In this document: positions 10,451 to 18,019 of the stretch, in pieces | Numbering within the stretch: position 1 is the stretch's first letter | Layout: every line of letters starts with the position of its first letter | From: Candidatus Pacearchaeota archaeon | GTDB taxonomy: Archaea; Nanobdellota; Nanobdellia; Pacearchaeales; GW2011-AR1 | Reading direction: 5' to 3' | DNA: 64,000 nucleotides | Assembly: GCA_018303945.1 (NCBI GenBank) | Contig: JAGVXD010000019.1 | Span: forward strand, 2,975 to 66,974 | Made by a program: the position numbers and the translations under genes | The notes under the pieces: model-generated | What the model was told of the DNA's origin: nothing | The model's database searches: none | The model's input: the letters and a program-made list of their open reading frames with translations, nothing else

Positions 10451-10864
10451 ATGAAACCCTTTCAAATTTATCTTGCAGCGCTTATTGCAATAAACTTGAT
10501 ATTGTCTCTTTATTTGGTATATTCAGATAGCAGTTCAAACGCTTTCTGCATTATAGGCAAGAACTGCGATAGCGTGCAAAACTCCGCATATGGAAATTTA
10601 TTCGGTGTTAAACTTAGCTGGATTGGCGTTGTGGCATTTACTTTCTTATTGATATTATATTACCTAAGCCATAGATCATATACTCGTTACAAATTATTCG
10701 CCGCTTCTGCGCTTCTGGGAGCTATTCTAGCTGCCTACTTTATCATAATACAAGCATTTGTTCTTAAGCAAGTTTGTTCAAGCTGCATAGTCATAGACGC
10801 AGTAATGCTAATAATAACAGGTATGAGCGTTTACGAGTACTGCCTGCTAAGAAAGTATTATTAA
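10451..10864 (+). CDS. vitamin K epoxide reductase (VKOR) family membrane protein
   Basis: 137 aa, 4 TM helices, loop cysteines (FCIIGKNCDSV) and a CSSC redox motif in the last TM region. Confidence 0.7.
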   Translation: MKPFQIYLAALIAINLILSLYLVYSDSSSNAFCIIGKNCDSVQNSAYGNLFGVKLSWIGVVAFTFLLILYYLSHRSYTRYKLFAASALLGAILAAYFIIIQAFVLKQVCSSCIVIDAVMLIITGMSVYEYCLLRKYY

Positions 10865-10887
10865 CTCTTCATTCATACCGCAGATAT

Positions 10888-10959
10888 GCGGCTTTAGTAT
10901 ATCGGTTAGTATGTGACCTTCCCAAGGTCGAGAGCGGGGTTCGATTCCCCGAAGCCGCA
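10888..10959 (+). tRNA. tRNA-Gly(CCC)
   Basis: Acceptor GCGGCTT/AAGCCGC, anticodon loop TTCCCAA, T arm CGGGG-TTCGATT-CCCCG. Confidence 0.9.
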
Positions 10960-10960
10960 T

Positions 10961-11034
10961 GGGGTTGTGGGGTAGCTTAGTCAGCCTTCGAGCCTCGGGT
11001 GCTCGCGACCCCGATGCGAATCCGGGCAATCCCA
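10961..11034 (+). tRNA. tRNA-Pro(CGG)
   Basis: Acceptor GGGGTTG/CAATCCC, anticodon stem CGAGC/GCTCG, loop CTCGGGT. As folded by hand the T arm has an A:C mismatch at 53:61. The gene starts 1 nt after tRNA-Gly. Confidence 0.75.
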
Positions 11035-11103
11035 CTTCTTGATTTCAAGGAACTTAACACTAAGCATCCAACAATTTAAAAATACCCTTAGCTATTTGTA
11101 TGT

Positions 11104-11673
11104 ATGAAAATTTTAGAAGGGGTTAAAAAAGTCTGGTTATACCTCAAACAAGATACATGGCATTCCTGGCTGGTTTCAATAATCCTTATAATACTATTGA
11201 TAAAATTTATATTGTTCCCTGTTCTCTCTTTTATTACAGGCACACCATTACCATTGGTTGTGGTGGAATCGTGCTCAATGTATCACAACTCAGGTTTTAA
11301 TAATTGGTGGATTTCCAATAGTGCATGGTATGAAAATAGAAATATTGAAGAATCTGATTTCCTATTATTTCCTCTAAAAAATGGTCTAAACAAAGGAGAT
11401 ATAGTTTTAGTCTGGGGAAGAACAGACTATAATCTTGGAGATATCGTAATTTTCTCGGCATCTACCCGATATCCAATAATTCATAGAATAGTAGGAAATG
11501 ACCCTATTTCAACAAAAGGAGACAACAATTCTGACCAGTTAGATATAGAAAGAGTTATAGAAAAAGAGACGATAATGGGCAAAGCAGTAGGAAAAGTGCC
11601 TCTCCTCGGCTGGATAAAACTCTTGTTTTTCGAATCTTTCAAGAGTCCTGAAGAAAGAGGTTTCTGCAAATAA
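11104..11673 (+). CDS. signal peptidase I (archaeal/eukaryal S26B type)
   Basis: N-terminal TM helix, a catalytic-Ser box ESCSMYH, GDIVLV and IHRIV boxes. Confidence 0.8.
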   Translation: MKILEGVKKVWLYLKQDTWHSWLVSIILIILLIKFILFPVLSFITGTPLPLVVVESCSMYHNSGFNNWWISNSAWYENRNIEESDFLLFPLKNGLNKGDIVLVWGRTDYNLGDIVIFSASTRYPIIHRIVGNDPISTKGDNNSDQLDIERVIEKETIMGKAVGKVPLLGWIKLLFFESFKSPEERGFCK

Positions 11674-11712
11674 CGAAACCGCAATATTAAAAAACTCTTG
11701 GTACTTGAAAAT

Positions 11713-12024
11713 ATGATGGAATTTTGTCAAAAATGTGGGGGGATAATTGTAGTCAAAGAACAAAAAGCAGTCTGCGCTGCCTGCGGAACAAAGTATGCTA
11801 AAAAACCAAAATTAGAAGCATCTGAAAAGATTGGGAAGAGAGATATGGTAGCAGTGATAGATGAGGATATGGATAATACGTATCCTATCGTAGATATGAC
11901 CTGTCCAAAATGCAAAAATAAAAAATCGTATTTTTGGACGACTCAAACTCGCGCTTCGGACGAATCAGAGACCAAATTTTATAAATGCACTAAGTGCAAG
12001 CATACCTGGCGAAAGTACAGATAG
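11713..12024 (+). CDS. tfs: transcription factor S (TFS / RpoM-like)
   Basis: N-terminal ribbon CQKCGG..CAAC. The C-terminal TFIIS ribbon is CPKC...TRASDESETKFYKCTKC. The ATG at 11713 is preferred over the TTG at 11698. Confidence 0.9.
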   Translation: MMEFCQKCGGIIVVKEQKAVCAACGTKYAKKPKLEASEKIGKRDMVAVIDEDMDNTYPIVDMTCPKCKNKKSYFWTTQTRASDESETKFYKCTKCKHTWRKYR

Positions 12025-12086
12025 TGTAATTATCCTAAAGTAATAACAGTAGAAAGGTTTAAAAACACCTTTTTTCAACAAACCTT

Positions 12087-12479
12087 ATGAGCTTAAACAC
12101 AATATTGCATGCGGAAGATGATGATTTAATAACTAGATTAATGGAAATGATGATAAATAAATATTTCCCTAGGTTTAAATATAAATCAGTTAAAACTGCT
12201 GAAGAGTTCTTGGAAATTTATAGAAAAGCCCATCAAGAAGGAAAGCCTCCATATATAACAATGACAGACTATAATCTGGATGGGAGGATGAAAGGTGCAG
12301 ATGCGTTGGCTACATTAGCACGGGAAGGTACGTTAAAAGCAGATAGGACTTTACTCTGTTCTGGAGACCCTGGACAAGAAGTTCTAGACCAAATAGAAAA
12401 ATTGGGTATATCATTCATCCCAAAACCTATTCCAATAAATGAAATAAGACTATTTATAGAAAGAGCACAAAAAAAATAG
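12087..12479 (+). CDS. single-domain response regulator receiver (CheY-like)
   Basis: EDDD acidic pocket, phospho-acceptor context TMTDYNLDG, and a conserved PKP near the C-terminus. Confidence 0.7.
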   Translation: MSLNTILHAEDDDLITRLMEMMINKYFPRFKYKSVKTAEEFLEIYRKAHQEGKPPYITMTDYNLDGRMKGADALATLAREGTLKADRTLLCSGDPGQEVLDQIEKLGISFIPKPIPINEIRLFIERAQKK

Positions 12480-12521
12480 GGGGAGATATATTTTTAAACG
12501 CGTTGGATTTTGCTCTATCAA

Positions 12522-12647
12522 GGCTCCGTAGCTCAGCCCGGTTAGAGTACTGGACTCTTACATTTAAAGGCGTAAGTCTTAAATGGCTCATGATTGATAT
12601 ACAATCGAGAAATCCAGGTGTCGCGGGTTCAAATCCCGTCGGGGCCA
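12522..12647 (+). tRNA. tRNA-Lys(CUU) with a 51-nt intron (12561..12611)
   Basis: Acceptor GGCTCCG/CGGGGCC, anticodon stem CTGGA/TCCAG, loop CTCTTA|A, T arm GCGGG-TTCAAAT-CCCGT. Confidence 0.8.
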
Positions 12648-12732
12648 TAATACTTTTTATCCCAAAAAGAGGAGCAGACCACCTATAGGGACTATACAGA
12701 CGCTATATAACAAAGTATAGCTTAAGACGAAT

Positions 12733-13911
12733 ATGAGAATATATCCCTACAATAATAAAGATAGATATCTCTCCTGGAAAGAAGGATTAACAGGCTTCAT
12801 AGAAGGTATAAGTAAAGAAAACTCGGATATTCTACTAAGGTATCTTAATGATATGGAAATAGGTATAAACGTTGCCAGAGGGGTTAAAAAAGGCTCCAGA
12901 AGCTATGTGCACCTTAATTCATCAAGAGACAGACTTATTTCCATGATGAAAAAAATGAGTAGCTCGTATGGAGTTGATGACATAACTACTGTGACTGATG
13001 AGCAACTTCATGTTTTCTTTAATGATATGAGAAACGGCAAGATTACTAAACCTAATGGTCAAAAGTACATATGTGTTAGAGACTTTGTTAAAATGTTCAA
13101 AGCCTTTTGGCACTGGCATCAAAGAGTGAATGCCAAAAAAGGAATCCAAATTCAAGATATTACTGTAGACTTGGATACAAGAGAGGAAAAACCTGACTGG
13201 GTCTATCTTACAGAAGAACAAATAAGGAAATTGGCCGATAATGCTAAATATGAATGGAGAGTATTGATTTGGTTCTTGTACGATACAGGAATTAGAGCAC
13301 CTACTGAACTAATGAATGTTAAGGTTTCAGACCTACATAATGATTTCAAAGAGCTTAATATTAGAGAGGAAATAGTTAAAATTGGTTCATTTGGAAGAAG
13401 AATTAAGCTTATGCTCTACAGTTCATTGTTAAAAGAGTATGTAAAACTGAACAATCTAAAAAGCAGCGATTCTCTCTTTAATATAAACTATAATTCTATC
13501 AATAAGTACCTTAAGAATTTAGCTAAGAAATTGTTTGGAGAAGAAAAAACGCTTGCAGGACAAAGATATTGCGACCTAACACTTTATGACTTTAGACATA
13601 ATTCATGCTGTTATTGGCTGCCAAGATATAAGAGTGAGAGCGCATTAAAGTACAGATTTGGGTGGAAAGAGAGCGATAAGATTCATTATTACTCAGAGCT
13701 CTTGGGCATGAAAGATACTATTTCAGAACAAGATATGTTTGTTGATCTTACAAGAACAGAGATAGAAAAGAGACTGGAAAAATCTGAAAAAGAACGAGAA
13801 ATATTAAATGATAAATTCAGGTTGCTTGAAGAAGAGCAGAACGTCTTAAAGCAAACTGTTGCAGAACTCATCCACAATTTTAATGGAAAAAATATATCAA
13901 CTCCTATTTAG
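12733..13911 (+). CDS. int: tyrosine recombinase / phage-type integrase
   Basis: 392 aa with DTGIRAPTEL (box I Arg), LYDFRHNSCCYW (HxxR-like box II) and HYY near the C-terminus. It lies directly after a tRNA. Confidence 0.8.
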   Translation: MRIYPYNNKDRYLSWKEGLTGFIEGISKENSDILLRYLNDMEIGINVARGVKKGSRSYVHLNSSRDRLISMMKKMSSSYGVDDITTVTDEQLHVFFNDMRNGKITKPNGQKYICVRDFVKMFKAFWHWHQRVNAKKGIQIQDITVDLDTREEKPDWVYLTEEQIRKLADNAKYEWRVLIWFLYDTGIRAPTELMNVKVSDLHNDFKELNIREEIVKIGSFGRRIKLMLYSSLLKEYVKLNNLKSSDSLFNINYNSINKYLKNLAKKLFGEEKTLAGQRYCDLTLYDFRHNSCCYWLPRYKSESALKYRFGWKESDKIHYYSELLGMKDTISEQDMFVDLTRTEIEKRLEKSEKEREILNDKFRLLEEEQNVLKQTVAELIHNFNGKNISTPI

Positions 13912-14088
13912 ATAATAAAGATGAGAGAAAAGAGCTAAGCAATTTCTTGAGTGTTTAGGCAATGGAAAATCAATTTATGAGTGTGAAGCAGAAAATGACT
14001 TGCTTGATGAATATCAAGAAGAAATGGAGAATTCAGAAGAATATGAGAAAAGATAAATACTCAATTAAATACCAAACAGGAGGTCAAC

Positions 14089-14259
14089 ATGGTTACAAAA
14101 TTGCCAGAATTCAAAGGCTATACAGTAGATATGAGACTTAAGCAATTCAGAAAAGCTGATAGAAATAAGCCAAGTATCGAATTTATAGACTTTGATTCTG
14201 AAGAAGGTCAAGAGCTTCTAGCAGAATACGAAGAAAGCTTGGAAGAACAAGAAGAATAA
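14089..14259 (+). CDS. small acidic-tailed hypothetical protein (56 aa)
   Basis: Strong AGGAGGT 6 nt upstream of the ATG. The ORF ends just before a perfect palindrome. Confidence 0.4.
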   Translation: MVTKLPEFKGYTVDMRLKQFRKADRNKPSIEFIDFDSEEGQELLAEYEESLEEQEE

Positions 14260-14267
14260 TAGATAAA

Positions 14268-14285
14268 TGATGTGGGCCCACATCA
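14268..14285. terminator. perfect 18-bp palindrome TGATGTGGGCCCACATCA between convergent genes
   Basis: Read directly from the sequence. It sits between the + strand small ORF and the 3' end of the - strand operon. Confidence 0.5.
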
Positions 14286-14326
14286 CACTTGATTATAAAG
14301 TTCGCTTTTCATTTTATCTCCTAAAC

Positions 14327-14758
14327 TCACGGCTTTTGCGCGGCGGCTACGCCGCTAATGCAAACTACCCGACCATACTCGCCCGAGTCAGCCAAATCAT
14401 CGTCGTTCGAGTTGATATTGAGGTTCCAGTTGAGGAACAACCTCGAAAGTCCTGAATTTCTAGTCCATAATTGTCTGTTCTTACCAGGAACATCAGTATC
14501 ATACACTTTTGTTGGCAAACCTGTTTTAGCATCCATTTCAGAGGAATTAATGTAAGATCCATGTTTGCTGTTAAGAATGGGTGCTTCAAAATAAAGAGGA
14601 GTATCAAGAAGTTCTTTCTTTAAATTAAATGCTAGTTTATTAGGCGCCTTATTTTCTTTCCTCAATGAAAGTCCATATAAAGGTAGCACATAAGCAGTAT
14701 TTTCAAGGCTTGCCAGCGCCTCTAAATTGATCATAGAAATCCAAAGCGAGCCAACCAT
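14327..14758 (-). CDS. unknown protein B1 (paralog of 17156..17557)
   Basis: Shares LENTAYVLPLYGLSLRKENKAPNKLAFNLKKELL and NRQLWTRNSGLSRL...GRVVCISG.AAAQKP with B2. The ATG at 14758 is preferred. Confidence 0.55.
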   Translation of the reverse strand: MVGSLWISMINLEALASLENTAYVLPLYGLSLRKENKAPNKLAFNLKKELLDTPLYFEAPILNSKHGSYINSSEMDAKTGLPTKVYDTDVPGKNRQLWTRNSGLSRLFLNWNLNINSNDDDLADSGEYGRVVCISGVAAAQKP

Positions 14759-15230
14759 TAGGATTTCCTTTCGATCTCCATACAAGTGAAGAATCTTCAT
14801 ATTGATTTTGCAAAGGCAATTTATTTCCTTTTAAGATAGCTTCTAACTCTGCTTGTGTTGCTGTTCTAATATTCTTAGGTTGCAATATTTGATTTGCAAC
14901 TATAACTGCGTATGGGTTAGAGCCCTCTACAACTTTCTTTGTAGAATTCCACTTAAGTATCTTAAGAGCGCTTGCGTCATTATAATCTACTTTTACTACC
15001 CGCTCATATTCTTTCAAGAAATCTTTTCCAAAATCTCCTGATAGAAAGAAAGCTGAGGCGAACGGAATCTGGGGAATTGGAGTATTTGAAGCAGGGGATA
15101 CATCAGGATTTGTTCCAGCATTCTTATCAGGTTCTGGTTCTTTATTTCCTTTACCTTTATCTGGCTTCTCTTGACTTACTCTTTGAGCATAGCGTTCTGC
15201 CCATTGTTTATACAGATCAAAGTTGCTCAT
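14703..15230 (-). CDS. unknown protein A1 (paralog of 17529..18017)
   Basis: Shares MSNFDLYKQWAERYAQRVSQ, a P/K/G-rich linker and a conserved C-terminal domain with A2. Confidence 0.65.
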   Translation of the reverse strand: MSNFDLYKQWAERYAQRVSQEKPDKGKGNKEPEPDKNAGTNPDVSPASNTPIPQIPFASAFFLSGDFGKDFLKEYERVVKVDYNDASALKILKWNSTKKVVEGSNPYAVIVANQILQPKNIRTATQAELEAILKGNKLPLQNQYEDSSLVWRSKGNPNGWLALDFYDQFRGAGKP

Positions 15231-15360
15231 TTTCTGCCTCCAATGATGCTAACAATATATCGAGACCTTGCTCTAAAGCATGCGATTTATTTCTGAATGC
15301 TCCTTTGCGTACATACTCTTCAACTTTCTGTATCTTTTCTTCTTCTACAGTTATACTCAT
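15217..15360 (-). CDS. ribbon-helix-helix (CopG/Arc-like) small protein, 47 aa
   Basis: Not in the ORF track. Sequence MSITVEEEKIQKVEEYVRKGAFRNKSHALEQGLDILL fits the RHH strand-helix-helix pattern. It starts 8 nt after the vWA gene stop and overlaps the A1 start. Confidence 0.5.
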   Translation of the reverse strand: MSITVEEEKIQKVEEYVRKGAFRNKSHALEQGLDILLASLEAENEQL

Positions 15361-15368
15361 TTTCTGCT

Positions 15369-17159
15369 TCATGCTGTAGCTCCTGCAATTTTAGGGCTTT
15401 GCTTATAATAACTTGAAACAAAGGAAACCATGCTTCGTGAAAGATCCTCATCGCCTTTTACGTTAATAACTGGAACTCCCAGATCCTTTAGATACGTTGA
15501 AAACGCTGTGTCGCCACCAATTTGAATATGTGCATAATCAGCAGTTCGTATCTTTTGTTCAAAACTAGTTTTTTGAGAGCCATTCATGCTAAATTCTCCA
15601 TCTGAAATAGACAAGACTAAAGCACTATCTTCGATTTCTTTCTCCAAGCCCTCGCTATCAAAGGTAGTAGTTCCTGAGGGTTTTGTTAGCAAGGATTTGG
15701 CGACTAATTCTGATTTTCCACGCACTGCTGATTCTCCTGAGAATCCCAGAACGCTACTTTCAATGTAAGGAGCTACGCCTTGGCGTTCAAAGAAGTTATC
15801 AATGCCAAAATATCCTTTTAATGCGAAATGATATTTACTATTATCTCCCCATGGGATATATGAAGTATTTCCTACTTCTTTTCCATTATCTGAATTAAGA
15901 GCCATACTTCCTGATCTATCCATAAGTGCAAGCTTGAAGTTAGGAAACTGGTGAGGATGTTTCTTGTAAGCAACAGGGTGTTCAACATGATGTTTAGTTG
16001 TCTTTAAACCCATCTCTCCATCAGATTTGAATCCTACTCCTCTGAACTTAAACTTACGTTCATCTTCCTTAACAAATCGTCTCCCATAGCGTACAAGAGG
16101 CATTGCTTGACTTGCTGAGTAATGAGTAGTTTCTACAGGAATTTCCTTAGAAATTTTCTTATAGAGGTCATATAGTTGCTCTTGTAAATCTCTATGTGCA
16201 AGCGGTGCTTCCCCTCCCTGATATCTGCCAAAGGCAATTTCCTGCCTATTAGAAGGCATTTTCATTTCTCGATCAAAAGGATTCTGCTCCTCTGAATTCT
16301 CATCGCCCTCACTTGATCCAAACATTCTTTGTTGCGGTGGCTGATCTTCCAGCAATTTACCTAGATGAACAGCAAAAGAATATCCGAGATTGCTCCATGT
16401 TTTCGCTCTTTGGCGTATATCTGTAGGATCAAACAGCTTTTGGAATCCAGATTTTTCATGTAACTTAAATATCTTCTCTTCTTGGGTAACTGTTCTCATT
16501 TCTCCGAGAAATTGTCCGACTGCTTCTTTTACTTCTGGTTTATCACCAAAGAATCTCTTAAGAAGACTATAGTCTGCTGCTCTTCCTGCAAGCATAAGGT
16601 TAACTTTGACAAAAGCCTCGTAAAAAAGATTATATTTTCCATCCTGCCCATTCACAAGCCCGTGGTTATTCCAAAAAAGAGTTTGGCCTGCAAAATCGGT
16701 ATGTCTCCTGCAATTAATATTATCAAGTACATCTTCAAAAGCATTAGTAACATACTGCTCAAGACCGTTTTTGCCTATCTCTTGCAGTCCTCGTGTTACT
16801 TTGTCCTTGATTCTCTCGTGAGTTTCTAAATCATAGGGGCAACCATATCGTTCTCCTACCTTATTTTCTCTGTGTCCTGCTTCATGGTCGAGTACATCCT
16901 GTCCCGTTTTAAGCAAGGGATCTTTAATCCCTCTAAGAGATGCAAAACGCTTGCTTTCCTCATCAGGCACTAAATCCAAATCTCTTCCATAAGAAAGACT
17001 AATTTCTTTCCAATCTGTTGTAATATGGCCTGCAAAAGTATTTCCAGCAACTTCATCAACATTTAATCTAATTCCAATTAATCCGATCTTGTTTTTTTGC
17101 TGTTCAAGTGCTTGTTTGATGTTTTGAAGTTCGCTTTTCATTTTATCTCCTAAACTCAC
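15369..17159 (-). CDS. vWA-domain protein with N-terminal HExxH metallopeptidase-like motif (MoxR partner; CobT-like architecture)
   Basis: 596 aa with HEAGH at about residue 84 and the MIDAS motif DRSGS (ALMDRSGSM) in the C-terminal third. GTG start. Confidence 0.8.
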   Translation of the reverse strand: MSLGDKMKSELQNIKQALEQQKNKIGLIGIRLNVDEVAGNTFAGHITTDWKEISLSYGRDLDLVPDEESKRFASLRGIKDPLLKTGQDVLDHEAGHRENKVGERYGCPYDLETHERIKDKVTRGLQEIGKNGLEQYVTNAFEDVLDNINCRRHTDFAGQTLFWNNHGLVNGQDGKYNLFYEAFVKVNLMLAGRAADYSLLKRFFGDKPEVKEAVGQFLGEMRTVTQEEKIFKLHEKSGFQKLFDPTDIRQRAKTWSNLGYSFAVHLGKLLEDQPPQQRMFGSSEGDENSEEQNPFDREMKMPSNRQEIAFGRYQGGEAPLAHRDLQEQLYDLYKKISKEIPVETTHYSASQAMPLVRYGRRFVKEDERKFKFRGVGFKSDGEMGLKTTKHHVEHPVAYKKHPHQFPNFKLALMDRSGSMALNSDNGKEVGNTSYIPWGDNSKYHFALKGYFGIDNFFERQGVAPYIESSVLGFSGESAVRGKSELVAKSLLTKPSGTTTFDSEGLEKEIEDSALVLSISDGEFSMNGSQKTSFEQKIRTADYAHIQIGGDTAFSTYLKDLGVPVINVKGDEDLSRSMVSFVSSYYKQSPKIAGATA

Positions 17160-17557
17160 GGCTTTTGCGCGGCGGCTGCGCCGCTAATGCAAACTACCCG
17201 ACCAGCCTCATACGAGCCGGCGAGAACCCCGCCCCTAGCGAAGAGATCCAAGTCCCTGATGAGGTACAACCTCGAAAGTCCTGAATTTCTAGTCCATAAT
17301 TGTCTGTTCCCTGGAACAGCATTCTCATAGACTTTCTTCGGTAGTCCAGTATTGGTATCAACTTCTCCAGCTTTAACATATAATCCGTCTTTACTCATAA
17401 GTATATGAGCTTCAAAATAAAGAGGAGTATAAAGAAGTTCTTTCTTTAAATTAAATGCTAGTTTATTAGGCGCCTTATTTTCTTTCCTCAATGAAAGTCC
17501 ATATAAAGGTAGCACATAAGCAGTATTTTCAAGCGAGCCAACTATTAGGATCTGCAT
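17156..17557 (-). CDS. unknown protein B2
   Basis: Paralog of B1. It overlaps the A2 3' end by 29 nt and the vWA gene start by 4 nt. Confidence 0.55.
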   Translation of the reverse strand: MQILIVGSLENTAYVLPLYGLSLRKENKAPNKLAFNLKKELLYTPLYFEAHILMSKDGLYVKAGEVDTNTGLPKKVYENAVPGNRQLWTRNSGLSRLYLIRDLDLFARGGVLAGSYEAGRVVCISGAAAAQKP

Positions 17558-18017
17558 TAGATCTCCACACGAGAGAAGATTCTACATAATGATTTCCTTT
17601 GATAGGTAATGTATTTGCCTGTGCAATTTTCTCTAACTCTGCTTGTGTAGCAGTTCTGATTCCACTTTTCTCAAGAATCATGTTAGAAAGAACAACTGCA
17701 AAAGGATTTGAGCCCGTTACTTTTTGATTGGCATCATCCCAATTAAGAACTTGCAAAGCTGAGGCATTATTATAATCTTTCTTAACTCTTGCGTTATATT
17801 CCTTTAGAAAGTCTTTTCCAAATTGTCCTTTCAAAAATGAAGCACTCCCAAAAGTATGGGGAACAACAAGAGGAGTGGTTGCATTTGAATCAGGTTGACT
17901 TCCAGCATCTGGCTTAGAATCTGCTTTTTTTCCTTTTCCACCTTTGTCTGGTTGTCCTTGACTTACTCTTTGAGCATAGCGTTCTGCCCATTGCTTGTAA
18001 AGGTCGAAATTACTCAT
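17529..18017 (-). CDS. unknown protein A2
   Basis: Paralog of A1. It starts 2 nt after the MoxR stop. Confidence 0.65.
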   Translation of the reverse strand: MSNFDLYKQWAERYAQRVSQGQPDKGGKGKKADSKPDAGSQPDSNATTPLVVPHTFGSASFLKGQFGKDFLKEYNARVKKDYNNASALQVLNWDDANQKVTGSNPFAVVLSNMILEKSGIRTATQAELEKIAQANTLPIKGNHYVESSLVWRSNADPNSWLA

Positions 18018-18019
18018 GG

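Noticed and set aside
10312-11035. ORFs 10312..10530, 10774..10980 and 10847..11035 from the ORF track
   Set aside because: They run through tRNA-Ile (including its intron), tRNA-Gly and tRNA-Pro, so the RNA genes explain the sequence.
12454-12688. ORFs 12454..12648 (-) and 12503..12688 (+)
   Set aside because: They overlap tRNA-Lys and its intron and have no coding signal.
14703-14758. Programmed +1 ribosomal frameshift fusing A and B
   Set aside because: I do not assert it. The codon before the TGA differs between copies (GCT versus CCT), and no obvious slippery re-pairing exists. B has its own in-frame ATG in both copies. Overlapping coupled genes are the simpler reading. I left it as a testable alternative in the findings.
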